Numbered from the stretch's first letter, positions 39,906-52,633 are shown. The stretch: 64,000 bases of DNA from Epiperipatus broadwayi (GCA_028023455.1 JAQFVV010000001.1:12772001-12836000), one strand, 5' to 3'. Numbers and translations: made by a program. Notes: generated by a model not told the origin, from the sequence alone.

Positions 39906-40842
39906 CCTATTAATGTCTGATAAGCAGTTTACTTTTAAAATGATAAAGAGACACTGTTAAATAATTTGAAAAAGAAGGGTACAGTATATAATAAGAGATG
40001 AGTCGTGAAACAAAATGTTTTTAGGATATAATTTTTTTTCTTTTAAACAAGACAAATATGGGGATAAGTTGTTGTGGGTCTTTTGTTTGTTTAATATTTA
40101 TTTAAATAAAATGTTGAATAAATCATTTTTAAAGAAAAAGTTATCACTGGGTAGAAAAATTAATTGTATTAATATTGCAGTTATTATTTGCAGATAGTGA
40201 AAATAAGATTAATAAACCTCAGCACCAAAAGACTCATCACTCAAAACTATTGACCTTTAAAACAATATGTATCTAAATACCTAATATATACAATGTAATT
40301 CATTAATAAAATGTTTTGAAACTAAAATTTTTGAAAAGTTAAGAATGAAATAAATACATATGTTTAATTAAAGCAATTATAATTAATGGAAATAATAAAA
40401 AATAAGTAATTAATAGTTTTAAGCATTTAAGTAGTTTTTTTTTTAAAATAAAAATAAAAAGTTGTTTTGTAATCTATTAAAGTTAAATTTAAGAGAGACT
40501 TGTTAAATGTTTTATTTAAAATGTAACTTAATATCGAAAAGAAATTTTAACAATTAGAAAAAAAAGAGAAACAATATTGAAACTTTTTGAGTTGTAGACG
40601 CCGGAAAAGAGAAGGAATATAAGTTGACAAGAGCGCGAGAGAACTAGCAATGTTGAAGGATTGAAGAAAATTAATTAAAACAGATTATTTATTAAAGAAT
40701 GAATTAAAAAAAGAAACTGAATTCGAAATTTATATAGAAGGAAAAGGTTATGAAATACATGTTATAAGAATGTGAAAAAAACAAGAGAAAAATAAAAAAG
40801 TTGGCAGATAAATGAGCAAAGGACAAAAAAACTGAGATGGCT

Positions 40843-40940
40843 GTCAAGCATTGGTGGTCGAGAGGTCAGCGACAGCTCCTTTACAAGCAGTTGTCCCGGG
40901 TTAGCGGGTTAGCTTCCCGGCTGATGCTATGACACATGAG
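40843..40940 (+). mobile_element. tRNA-Gly-derived short SINE copy
   Basis: gtcaa-gcattggtggtcgagaggtcagcg...caagcagttgtcccgggttagc(gggttagc)ttcccggctgatgctatgacacatgag. Confidence 0.7.
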
Positions 40941-41303
40941 AAAAAAAAACGATTCTTTGTCAGATAAAATACATATTTATATACTAACACTCTATATAAA
41001 CTAGCATTTAAAAAAATCATTTACCTAAAAATATATTTATATATACATTATACAATTAATAAAACTTTTGAGAATATTATTTTAGGGTAGCATCTCTTGT
41101 TAAAAGAATTTTATTATATTTTCATTAAACAAAAATGTAAAAACCCCATTTATTTCTAGTTAGGATTACAAAAAAATGCTTATCTTTTTAATTATGATTA
41201 ATAAAATGTATTCATTAATTATACAATTAATTGATTCTGAGTCAAATGGCATTAACTGCCAAGTATTTTTTCTCTACCATTTTAATTAAATACCACTTGT
41301 CCT

Positions 41304-41592
41304 AAATAATTTTTATTAGTCATTCATAAGACTAGAGATTACCATCCACTTAATGAATAATATTTCTGTAGTGTAGTTTCCACTACACCACTTCCACACA
41401 AGATAGGTACTGATTTTTATTTGCTTTTAACACCTTGTGGAGGATAGTAATTATAAATATATACATCTTTTTCACGTCTTTGGTCATATGTTTATGATTA
41501 CACGCCTCCATAAGGTGTCAGAAAGGAATAGAAAGCAGTCCCTACTTTGAGAGAGTGTGATGAGTGGAAAATACACTACAGAAATATTATTC
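41304..41592. mobile_element. Palindromic insertion (family E) with 12-bp direct repeat
   Basis: Arms 41352-41443 and 41505-41592. accacttgtcct at 41292-41303 and 41593-41604. Confidence 0.8.
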
Positions 41593-42021
41593 ACCACTTG
41601 TCCTTATCTTATTTTTTAGTACAATTTAAAAAAACAGTTCATTTTCAGATTTTTTAAAAATACTTTTTTTAATGTGATATTAAATGATTTTTGCTAAAAT
41701 AAGTATATATTAATTTTAAAATAGAAATGCTTTTATTTTTGTTTGTTCAAAATTTAAAACATAAAACTGCTATATAATTATCCCATTGCAGTGCTAAAGC
41801 TTCTCCAGAAAGCAACACTAAGAAGAAGATGACAATATTCATTAGGCTAGTGATGAGAGTCTTGTGTTTTTCCTTTGCTGTTATATTCTCTACATAATAA
41901 TAATATGTCTGTTTACTGGGCAGTGAATAGGTACCTATCTAAGCTAACTGTGGTATAATTATCTAAAAATAAATTTTAAATTTATTTAAAAAATTTCAAG
42001 TGTCTCAAGAAATTCCAAGTT

Positions 42022-42090
42022 CAGTTGAATTCAAAATCTAGATTATGGTCATAGCAGGTGAACATGCTAACCACTTTGGAGTAAGGCCCA
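42022..42090 (-). mobile_element. Possible degenerate tRNA-derived SINE head
   Basis: Minus strand agtggttagcatgttcacc (A-box/D-arm-like) followed by ttttgaattc (weak B-box-like). Confidence 0.3.
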
Positions 42091-42482
42091 TCATTTAAAT
42101 TTATATAATATTTTATGTAGTAATATATATTATTAACAATAGTTAGTATTTGATATTATAAAATTATAATCTTATAGTAAAAGTCACAAATTTTAATTCA
42201 TTTTATTGATTGCTAATATCTCATTATCTAACAGATATAAAACAATATTTTTAAATTACTCTACCCATCATGAATTGATTTTCCCTATAAATTTGGCAGT
42301 AAATCTGTGATGGTGCAAACTATGAATAAATAAATAATGAGATCATTTTCTGCCATTATCAGCACACACACATTTTTTTCACCATCGTGATATTTTTATA
42401 ATTATAGTGCCAATGTTCATTATTGTAAGTTTGAAAATGTAAAAATTCATTTAAATCACTTCAAATGTTAGTGATGGGTCAA

Positions 42483-42554
42483 GTGTTGGTGGCCTAACAG
42501 TTAGCATAGCTTCCTTTTAAGCAGCTGACCCGGGATCGCTTCTCAGTCAACGCA
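42483..42554 (+). pseudogene. tRNA-Gly(UCC)-derived retrocopy/SINE
   Basis: 72 nt colinear with the metazoan tRNA-Gly(TCC) sequence GCGTTGGTGG...CCAACGCA; anticodon decayed to TTT. (AT)n tail; 15-bp TSD aaatgttagtgatgg (42463-42477, 42571-42585). Confidence 0.85.
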
Positions 42555-45239
42555 TTTGACATATATATATAAATGTTAGTGATGGTGATAATTTTATAAG
42601 ATTTGAAAGTTAGAAAGAGCTTTTTTTTATGTGATAATGAAAATAATTGATTTAGTTATAAAATAAACAAAAATTGTATGCTAAAATTAATTAGTTATTC
42701 TCTAAAAAGAACAATCCATTCATAAAAGTATTAAAAAAGATAAAAAATTACCATTACTTGTGCTTCTGGAGCTATCAAAATATCATTCGCGATATGTGAT
42801 AAGTCCTTAATGAGGATTCGCGATATGTGATAAGTACTTAATGAAGACTGAAAAAGCATTAAATATGTGAGTGAAGTATATGAACAAAAAGATAGTATTA
42901 CATATAAAAAAATTGAATCTATACAAAGAATTTAGCAAATATAGTGAAAAGAGAAATGTCAAACCATTTAGTGTAAGATACATACATTTAGAAATTGATG
43001 TCAATTTAAAAGAAAATAACTTATGATTTATTTTATTCCTTGAAAAACTATCATACACTTCATGCCTTGGAGCCATTTTAAACAAATTTTAAAATTTTAA
43101 TTTACAGTGTGAACGCTGTTATTGTCAGCAAACAAATATCATAAGAAAATGACTGCTCTTATCAATATAAGTAAGGCCCACAAAATTTATCAAATTAACA
43201 TCATATCTTTTGCATTTGAATTTTATTAATATCATAATTAATTATTCTCATAAAAATAATTAAAATAGAGAATAATAAATTCTATTTTTTTATTGATTGA
43301 GTGAATATGTTCATTTATGCACATTTCTAGATTTTTAATGCATAAATATGTAAATATACTCTCAATTATTCTTAACTTAGCTGTTGGAGAGAGAGCAGTC
43401 AAGTCTTATTCCATCTGAGAAAGAAGAAAGAAGCAGAAGTCTTAACCAAGCTATTGCATAGAATAGCAGAAGTTTTAATCAAGCTTCTAGCATACTTGAG
43501 TTTAATGATAAAAATGGTTTGTACAATGAAAACCATGTGCTAAATTAAGCCAAAATCTAGACATCTTCCTCCATGTAGTCTGCATTTACTGGAATGAAAG
43601 TGTAGAGAAGTTATCCCTTAAAGTAATCTGCAACCAAGAGCATAAGTCTCTGTCTGTGTTAGTATTACCTAGGAAGTTTATAATAAAATACTGCATAACA
43701 AGAAAAGGACAAACTAATCATGTTCATGTTTCTTCAAGAAGAAAATTCAACTGGAAAAACTGGAAATTATATTTGGGAAGAACTCCACAGAAAAAAAAAA
43801 CATAGTTGCAGATATTTTTTGTGTGTCCACACTGTATTTTTATTAATAGTAAAATATATATATATATTTTATAATTTATTTATTTTTTGTAAGAATTGAT
43901 AATTTTAAATATTTTTATTAAATGAAAGTTTTCAAATTGTGAAACATTTTTAATTAATTTTTTTTGTGTGTGAAACATTATTTTTTCCTTCTAAAAATTT
44001 AACATAAGGCTAATTAAGCTAAATCAAAGATTGATATCTTTAATTTTGAAAATATTGTTTTTCCAAATCTTACTTATTTTAAAGAAATAAATTAATTAGA
44101 AGTTAATATATGAATAGAAATCAAGTAATTGATTATAATTTTTATAAAAATATTTTTTTTGATGAAATGAATCTTGAAAATTTTATACTATCATGTCATT
44201 TTTTTTGTTTATTGTTAATCAATTAATTGTTAAGTAATTATTTTTAAAAAATATTTTTATGTCTTAATTTCTTTATTCTATCCAATTCCTGTTTCATAAA
44301 TTGCAGTGTGACTTTATTTCATAACAGTTTGATGTTCTAGGATTTTTTAATGATACCAATAAAACTACTTATTTATAAAATAAGGTAAACCTAAAAAATA
44401 TTTGAAGTGATTTATAATAAGCTGCTGTAGCTATTTATTTATTTATCTCTTGCTCACAGTAATAATTCATATAGTTCTCACTTTCTGAGCTAGATTTGTT
44501 CATAACAATTACAAGAAGTAGGAGTATATTAATGTTATTAACATTTAAATGATGATGATCCTTGTTGGTGCAAAAGTTATTTCCTTTAATGACCATGCAC
44601 TACATTTCATTTTATTTATTATTTCTTTAGAAATTTAACTTACAATTGGCCAGTACATTAATAGTGTTAAGTAGTCAGAGTACTGATGATGATCAGATGG
44701 TTTTAGTATCTCAGCATTATTTGACTTATTGTCATATTTTGATTGAATAGCATCTAAGTATGTGCATCAAGATAATTATTGTTTGTATTCCTGCCTAGTT
44801 TGGCATTCGCTAAATAATTAACCTGGTCTATGACGGATAACTTTCAAATACAATCACAAGATTGATTGATTTATTTTTTATTGTTGATCATTCATGATAA
44901 TGAATGATTATTACTTTTGGTTATGCTGGAGAACTTATAGTTGGTTCATGATCATTCCTTTGGCATTTAATTTTATATTTTATTTATTTGGGTGATGATG
45001 GTTTTCTATCTTCTCATAATTCAATGCTAATGTGATGTACTGTTACAAATGGATACCCAATTGTGGGACATTGTAATCTCAGATTCTCTCTGATTAACCC
45101 CATTTTCCATACTGTTACAATTGGTGCAAAATGTGCTACTGTATTTTTTATAACTGTATCCAATTATGGGTCAGTGTATATTAAAAATAAATAATCTGTA
45201 CTGTATATATGCATATTAAAGCATTAATTGTACAATTTA

Positions 45240-45450
45240 TTGCAATTTCCTGATTTTCACAATTTGTTCAAGACATGGAACTAAATGTGAAAGATATAGA
45301 GATCTTACTATATAAATTTTCCTATCATATATAATAGATCTAATGACATCATAGAATAGAGATTTTATGAAAGCAAAATTGTTATAAGGAAAAATGATGG
45401 CATTCACACAGTATTGTATTGTACACTGTATAATAACAAAATGCAATTCA
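45240..45450 (-). pseudogene. Possible SWIM zinc-finger remnant (MULE-like)
   Basis: Minus strand YTVYNTILCECHHFSL*QFCFH fits CxC-x7-CxH. Heavily decayed. Confidence 0.3.
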
Positions 45451-45499
45451 AATAATTAGAAATATGAATACTAAGTTTAACTAATTTTTATCCAGAAAA

Positions 45500-45700
45500 C
45501 AATCTAAACTATAGTTATATTTTCTACAACTGGTCATCCCTTTGTTCCTTCATCTTTTAACATCACATGCACTGAATTCCACAACTTTAAACAAAAAATT
45601 AAAGAGGCATGGAATATATTAGGTGACAAAAATTTCTATCAATAGAAAAGAATTATGTATGATCCTCTCAAAAAGAAGGTCTATTCTACCTAATTAATTT
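45500..45700 (+). pseudogene. PLE GIY-YIG C-terminal fragment
   Basis: TGHPFVPSSFNITCTEFHNFKQKIKEAWNILGDKN, similar to the C-terminus at 54770-54931. Confidence 0.6.
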
Positions 45701-45747
45701 TCATAATTAAGTTTTATGTAAATTATCATTAACAGTATATATATATA

Positions 45748-46150
45748 TATATAGGGGAATCTAGGTGCAACATTGAGAAAAGATTGAAGGAACACGAATT
45801 GTTATATAAGCGTGTAAAAAATAAAAATAATGGTGATTTAATATCTTCTTCAGTTTTCTTTGATCATGAAAAAACATGTAAACATAAATTTAAATTTAAT
45901 TTTGAAAATGTGAAAATTCTTCATGAAGAGAGAAACCATAGTAAAAGAAAAATTAAAGAGGCAATTTTTATAAACAGGAATAAAACACATTTGATAAATC
46001 GACAAGCTTCTAACATTAAAATACGAGATTCGTGAAATTTGAATTGATGACGTTTGCTTCCACTTTTAGTTTTTGAATTTAATAGCAGTTGAGGCAGGTT
46101 TGAAAGTAACCGAAAGTACTTCTGCGGATTTAAAGATTGTTTGAATTGTT
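45748..46150 (+). mobile_element. 5'-truncated PLE family B (GIY-YIG C-terminus + hammerhead 3' region)
   Basis: YIGESRCNIEKRLKEH...KHKFKFNFENVKILHEERNHSKRKIKEAIFINRN, followed by the family B motif at 46085-46125. Confidence 0.85.
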
Positions 46151-46337
46151 TATAAACCGTTTAAAAATATTATTTCAATTATAATTATATATATATACCA
46201 ATTTCCACTTTCCAATTTGTGGTATATCTATGACTTGTAATAGTTGAAAGTCAGCTAAGCACATACTGTTTAAAGGATATTAAAAAAAAACATTTATAAA
46301 ATCTTTTCTTTATATGGTCTTTGTACATTTATAATTA

Positions 46338-46809
46338 TAGTTGTATTTATATATTGGAATATTTTCATCATCTAACATTAAATTATCAATATTTTTAGAA
46401 AAATTTTAAACTTTATTTAAATTTTCCAATTATATTCAAATATTAATAAAGCATGCAGGTTAGTATCTGCATAATGTTTTGAATGGTATTATCCTATTCT
46501 ATTCTTCATGTGTTGTTGACCTGCACAATAACAGTACTAGCATGGGAGCTGAACTTGGATCTTTAGATTCTTAAATATTGAATTTTAAGAAAATACTCTA
46601 TCCAACTGAGCCATTTTGTCCTTTGGCCAGCAATACCGGAAGAAGAAAAGAGAATAATACTACTCAAAACATTGTGTACATACTAACCTGTATGCTATTA
46701 CTAATACATGGATGTAATTGGAAAATTTAAATAAAGCTTACAATTTTTCTAAATACATTGATGATTTAATGTTAGGTGATAGAAATAGTTCAACATATAA
46801 GTACAACTA
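46338..46809. repeat. Fold-back of an RT-like fragment with a tRNA-SINE head in the loop
   Basis: Arms ~46338-46506 and ~46639-46809; right arm reads KYIDDLML. Loop, minus strand: TGGCTCAGTTGG...GTTCAGCTCC (46540-46613). Confidence 0.7.
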
Positions 46810-47364
46810 AAATGCCATCTTCCTGAAAAACTTTCTGTGGTATAATTTATAACATATGCAAAGTAAATAAGATTATCATCATAATAAGCAAAAAATACAA
46901 GTTTGATTCACTTTAATATGCAATCAAAAGCAAAACAGGATCATATATAGCAACAAAATGCATTGATAACAAATTTTAAAATATGTATATTAGACAAAAT
47001 ATATTGTCAATTTATTTTTGTTTAATATTCTCACAAATGTCTGCCTAGTCTTCCCCAGACAAAATGCTGACATCTTAAATCTAAATTATTTAGGCTAAAA
47101 AAGTTTTAAAAAATACAATTAATAATCACCAACTTTATATGAGCAAAGAATATTAAATACACTTGAAAATATTGCACATTTGTTTAATTTCTAGTCAACA
47201 ACCTTAAAATATGTCTGGGCTTTTATCACAAATATAAAAAATGTTGGTTAAAAAATATAAAAATATACATTTCATTAATTACATAACTGAAAACAAACTT
47301 TGATTATATATAACAACAAACTAGATTAATAAAAAAATTAAAATATATTCATTAATTGAAGTTT

Positions 47365-47877
47365 TAAACAAAGGCAAAACTCTCCATATAATAGTGTCAC
47401 CCTGTGCCAAACAGAGTAATCAATGGATGCCAGAAGGCTTGTGCATAAAATCTCTATCTAGTGCCTACTCATCCAATATCCCCAGACTAGTTTCTGGCTT
47501 GTGGCCATCATCAGTGAGGAGCCTTGGATCTGAGAGCACTGCATCTAGAAGCTATTGAGCTTAGATTGAAAATATTATTGCGTTTTCAATTTCATTCTCA
47601 TAGTTTTGTAGTAGAGTTAAAAGGTGGCTGCTGGAAGGTTGCATTAGATCCTAAGATCTAGGTGCAGTGCTCTCAGATCCAAGGCTCCTCACTGGTGATG
47701 GCCACAAGCCAGAAACTAGTCTGGGGATATTGGATGAGTAGGCACTAGATAGAGATTTTATGCACAAGCCTTCTGACATCCATTGATTACTCTGTTTGGC
47801 ACAGGGTGGCACTACTGTATGGAGAGTTTTGCTTTTGTTTACAACAGTTATGTGCTAGTATAGAGATGGTGATCATG
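47365..47877. mobile_element. Hammerhead family A insertion 2 (palindrome)
   Basis: Minus arm 47365-47548, plus arm 47549-47877. taattgaagttt at 47353-47364 and 47878-47889. Confidence 0.9.
47479..47520 (-). ncRNA. Intact minimal type I hammerhead ribozyme (family A)
   Basis: tcctca-CTGATGA-TGGC cacaa GCCA-GAA-ACTAGT-C-tgggga; all core residues and stems intact. The plus-arm copy (47686-47727) has CTGGTGA. Confidence 0.85.
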
Positions 47878-48164
47878 TAATTGAAGTTTATTTACTCAAT
47901 TAATTTTTGTTCAATATTCTCTATAAATGCTTATTCTGCCTAAGACCAAAATGCTGACATCATAAATCTAAATTATTTTGGCTAAAAGGGAAAAAGTATT
48001 TCATGCACTATGCAATTAATAATCAACTTTATATAATCAAAGGGTATTAAACATAATTTGAAAATACCACTTGTTTAATTTTTAGGCAATATTTTTGTAA
48101 TTTCTAGGTTTTCATTACAAATAAAAAAATTATATTAAGAACAAAGCTTTATTAGCATTAACAA

Positions 48165-48400
48165 TGCTTTCAACAGATAATTGTCATAAATGTAGAAATG
48201 CTTGTAACAGAGGTGGGGGAATCAGGCCTTTGTTTAAAGGTTAACAAATTAGCATATTGTTTGCATGGTTCATTAATTAGAGCAATCCAGTTTGTGGAAA
48301 GGGGAATGCAGGATTCTTTTCTGTTTATTGTTGTAATTGTTTTTGAAAATGTGCCAAGACTCCTGGACCTTTCATTAGGCATTTGTTCAAAACATGTTAA
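48165..48400 (-). pseudogene. LINE RT N-terminal fragment
   Basis: KGPGV; IPLSTNWIALI...FKQRPDSPTSVTSISTFMTII resembles IP..WK.A.I...YRPISL.SV.SK. Confidence 0.45.
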
Positions 48401-50378
48401 AAATACAAAAATTCATTCAATATATAACTAAAAACAAATTTTGATTAATACAACATCAAAGTGCATTGGTAATAAATTTTTAAATATGTACATTGCCTTA
48501 CAAACATTTTTTATTTAAGCTTTCCTTAAAATTGAACACAACATCATGGTTTACACTGAATGACATAATTATTGTTATTTCATTGTATTTGTTAATGGCA
48601 AAAATGAATTAAAATAGATGTTAAAAGTTATTTTTACCATTATTAAAACTTCAAATTTTAATTACAATTCTATTCCATAAATATCATTACTTATTTTTCT
48701 GAAAAATTAGAGTAAACAAAGCAGGAAGTCTCTTCAAACAAATCAAAATTGTTAGTGCATATTCCCAATATTACCTTTTATTCAGTTGCAAATAGACTTA
48801 CAATTTAATTTCTTCATTTGCATTATTTTTGGTAAAATTATTAATATTTATTATTTTTTAACTGTGTAATGTTTACATTATAACTTTATTTCAGTGCAAT
48901 AGATTTTACATAGAAATTATTGAAATAAATATTTACATGACATCAAAACAAATCTGCCTCCTGTCAAGAACATTTTTTTTGTTTGTCACTAACAAAAGAC
49001 TGTTTTTTAATCTAATATCTTCACTTTACTATTATTATTATTTTATTTATTTGCAAAGTTAATATTTTAGATTTTAACTCACATTTATTTGCTTTTTTTA
49101 AAATTATATTTTTGATAGGTTATAAAAAAGTTATAATATGAAATAATTTTTAATTCATTTAAAAAACAAACAAAAAAACCCAAAAGCTTTCCTCTAGTGA
49201 GGAAAAAATGACTACTAAAGTGTTAATTAATTTCTAATTAATATTTTCATATATGTAGACATTTTAACTATCCCCAGGCAAAAATATGTCATTCTAAAAA
49301 AAACAATATCAATAATAACAATAAAAAAGATTAGTTTATTTACTTTATTAAAACTATAGCAATCAACTATACATTACCTTTTTAATCTAATTTTTGTTTG
49401 ATTACAACTGCATTTATAAATTTTTTTAAATTAAAACAATTTTTTTAATAAAAAAAAATTCAAAGTTTTATTGCTTAGATAATTATAAAAAGAAAAGAAA
49501 TCATGACAGAAAGTAAACTGCACCAAAAATAAATTTAAAAATGTATATTATGTAAAGTTTTTTTTTTTCATTATGCTTAATTTTAATTTCACAATTCACA
49601 ATTCAGTAGAATATCAATCTCATACATAATGAACTCAAATAACAACCATAAGTTATCATTAAAAAAACTACAACAACCGAAATGTTTTTATTGAACACTA
49701 TATTTATACATTGTTTAGTAAATTATTTATTTATTAATAATATGCTTAGTAATTATCACTTTTTTTAATTTTATGCTTTATTTTTTTAGTAAGATTTTTG
49801 ACTTATGGGATATTTTAGCGATCCAATATGTGTGTGTACACATATATAAAATAAATAAACAAAAAACAAAACACAGTTATTTGTCTACGCAGATGCTAGC
49901 AAAGGATTTCTCTCAAAAATAGAACATTAAAAATCATTTTCATAAAAAAAGAAAGTAAAAAATTATTATAAATTAATAATTTTTATTAAAGAGAGTTTAG
50001 TTAATCAACTGCTAATTTATTATGCTAAATATCTTTTTTTTAATCTATAAAAACTCTTTAAAACTTTTCAATGGATAATTAATTCAGATACTATAGATAT
50101 ATGAACAAAAAGAATAATTTAAAGTTTATATAGATATATGTCTGTGCAAAAATGTACACCAAAAACAACAATAAATAAACTATATATTCAAAAAATCATA
50201 TGTAGACAAAAAATTATCATGTATTTATATTAAATTTCAAACATAAGAAAAATACATTATTGTGTGTCATATTTAATGAATGAAAAATATGGCATTAGAA
50301 AACTAAGTAATTCAATGATGAGATAGTGCCTATGTTCATACCATTATATTATAAGGTGTTAAATTTGTAACAAAAACT

Positions 50379-52633
50379 ATTGCAATAACAATAAATATAA
50401 TAAATATAATGGTAATTAACTATTATAAACAGTCTTTCAATCCACAGAAGTATTTTTGATTAATTCCTTAACCCTCCCCAGCTGTCGTTAAATTCAAAAA
50501 TCAGAATGAAAGCAAGCATCATCAACTCAAATCCCATGAATCCTGAATTTTAATGTTAGCAACTTGTCTATTAATTATATTAATTTTATTTCTATTTATT
50601 GAAAGTGATCCCTTAATTTTTCTTTTGTTATGGTTTCTCTATGTGATAACATACATCCACAAAAAATCTGATATATAAAATTAATTTTCTCCTCAACAGG
50701 TATGACATTTTTAGAATTATTCACTAATTTATTAACATTATTTGTAAAACAAAATGAAACATTAAACATATTTTTATATACATACAACCTTAAAAAAATT
50801 CACTGGAACATTTGGAAATATGGAATAATTTTCAACTTCTTTAAATCATTCTAAGTCTTTTTAAAGTATTGTTAATCTGTTCATTATTATAACTAACTTC
50901 AAGCAATTCCTTGGCAAATATCTTAATATTTTTAAATTTATCACATTGGTGGTAAAATAATTTTTCATTACAAAACAAAAAAAAGATTTAAAATTTGCCA
51001 GCTTATGCATAATTGGTACTTGTTATTTACAATTTATATATCTCTTTTTTTTTTTGCAATAGTTTGATTATTAATTTGTAAGATAACAAAATATTATCTC
51101 TTGTAACAATTAAATCTAAATACTTAATACCTTTATCCTGTTTCTTTTCAATCATTCATTTCAAGCCATTTAAATTATTTAATTCATCTACAAGTAAATT
51201 TGTAGTATTGGTATTTCCACAAATAAAAATATCATCCATATGCTTTTTGTAAATTTTAATATCTTTAAAAGTACCCATATCTGAAATACTACTCTCATAT
51301 GTAGACAAAACAAAATTGTAAACTTGTGCAACTACAGGCAGGTCCATAGGCCAACCTTTAGACAAGTTTGCAATTTTGTTTTGTCTACACATAGGAGTAG
51401 TATTTTAGATATGTGTTCTTTTAAAGATATTAAAATTTTTCAAAAGGTATGTGGATGATGTTTGTGTTTGTGGAAATACAAATACTACAAATTTGCTTGT
51501 AGATGAGTTAAATAATTTGAATGGCTTAAGATGGTTTATTGAAAAGCAACAGGACAAAAGTATTAAGTATTTGTATTTAATTGTTACAAAAGATAATAGT
51601 ATGTTAAGTTATAAATTAAGATTCAAACCATTGCAAAAAAGGGATATAAAATTGTAAATCTAAAGTACCAATTATGCATAAGATGGCAAATTTTAGATCT
51701 TTTTTGTTTTGTAATGAAAAATTGTCATTACCAGTGTAAATAGCTTGAAGTTAGTTATAAAAGTGAACAGATTAACAATATTTTATGTCAATTTAAAAAA
51801 ACTTATAATGATTTGAAGGAGTTAAAGATTGATAATAAAAATGGATATCTATTCCATATATTTTAAATTCTCAAGGGAAATTTTTTAAGGATATGTTTAA
51901 TTTTTATTTTGTGTTACAAATAATATTAATAAATTAGTGAATAATTCTAAAAATTTCATACCCGTCAAGCAAAAAATAATGTAGTATATCAAATTTTTGT
52001 GGATGTATGTTATCATATATAGGTGAATCAAGATGTAGTATTAAAAAAAAAAATTAAAGGAGCATGAATTGTTATACAAGCATGTGAAAGGTAAAAATAA
52101 TAATTATTTAATGACTGCTTCAATTTTCTTGGATCATCACATGATCATCACATGATACTAGCACTTAATAGTTATTAAACAAGGCAAAACTTCATACAGT
52201 AGTGCCACTGGATGAGTAGGCACCAGATAGAGATTTTATGCACAAGCCTTCTGGCATCGATTGATTACTCTGATTGGCACAGGGTGGTACTACTGTATGG
52301 AGAGTTTTGCTTTGTTCTTGGATCATGAAAGGACATGTAAATATAAATTTAAGTTTGATATAGTAAGTGTTAAGATTTTTCATGAAAAAGAAAATCAAAG
52401 AGGCAACTTTAATAAATAGAAATAAAATGAGTATAATTATTAGAGAAGCTGCTAACATTAAAATTCAGGATTCATGGCATTTGAACTGCTGATATTTGCT
52501 TCCATTATGTTTTTGAATTTAACAGAGTTGAGGAAGCTTAAGGAATTAACCCCAAATATTTCTATGGATTGAAAGACTGTATATAATAGTTAACTATTGT
52601 TATATATTTATTATTTTTAATTGTTATTGTAAT
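50379..52633. mobile_element. 2.25 kb head-to-head palindrome of two 5'-truncated PLE family B copies
   Basis: Arms ~50379-51328 (minus) and ~51362-52633 (plus). KGWPMDLPV, KRYVDDV/KHMDDI, YIGESRC; a family B hammerhead region at both outer ends. Confidence 0.92.
52138..52314. mobile_element. Family A insertion 3 (short palindrome, no hammerhead core), nested in the PLE endonuclease region
   Basis: Inverted 3' tail joined to tggatgagtaggcac...gagagttttgc. ttcttggatcat at 52126-52137 and 52315-52326. Confidence 0.88.
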
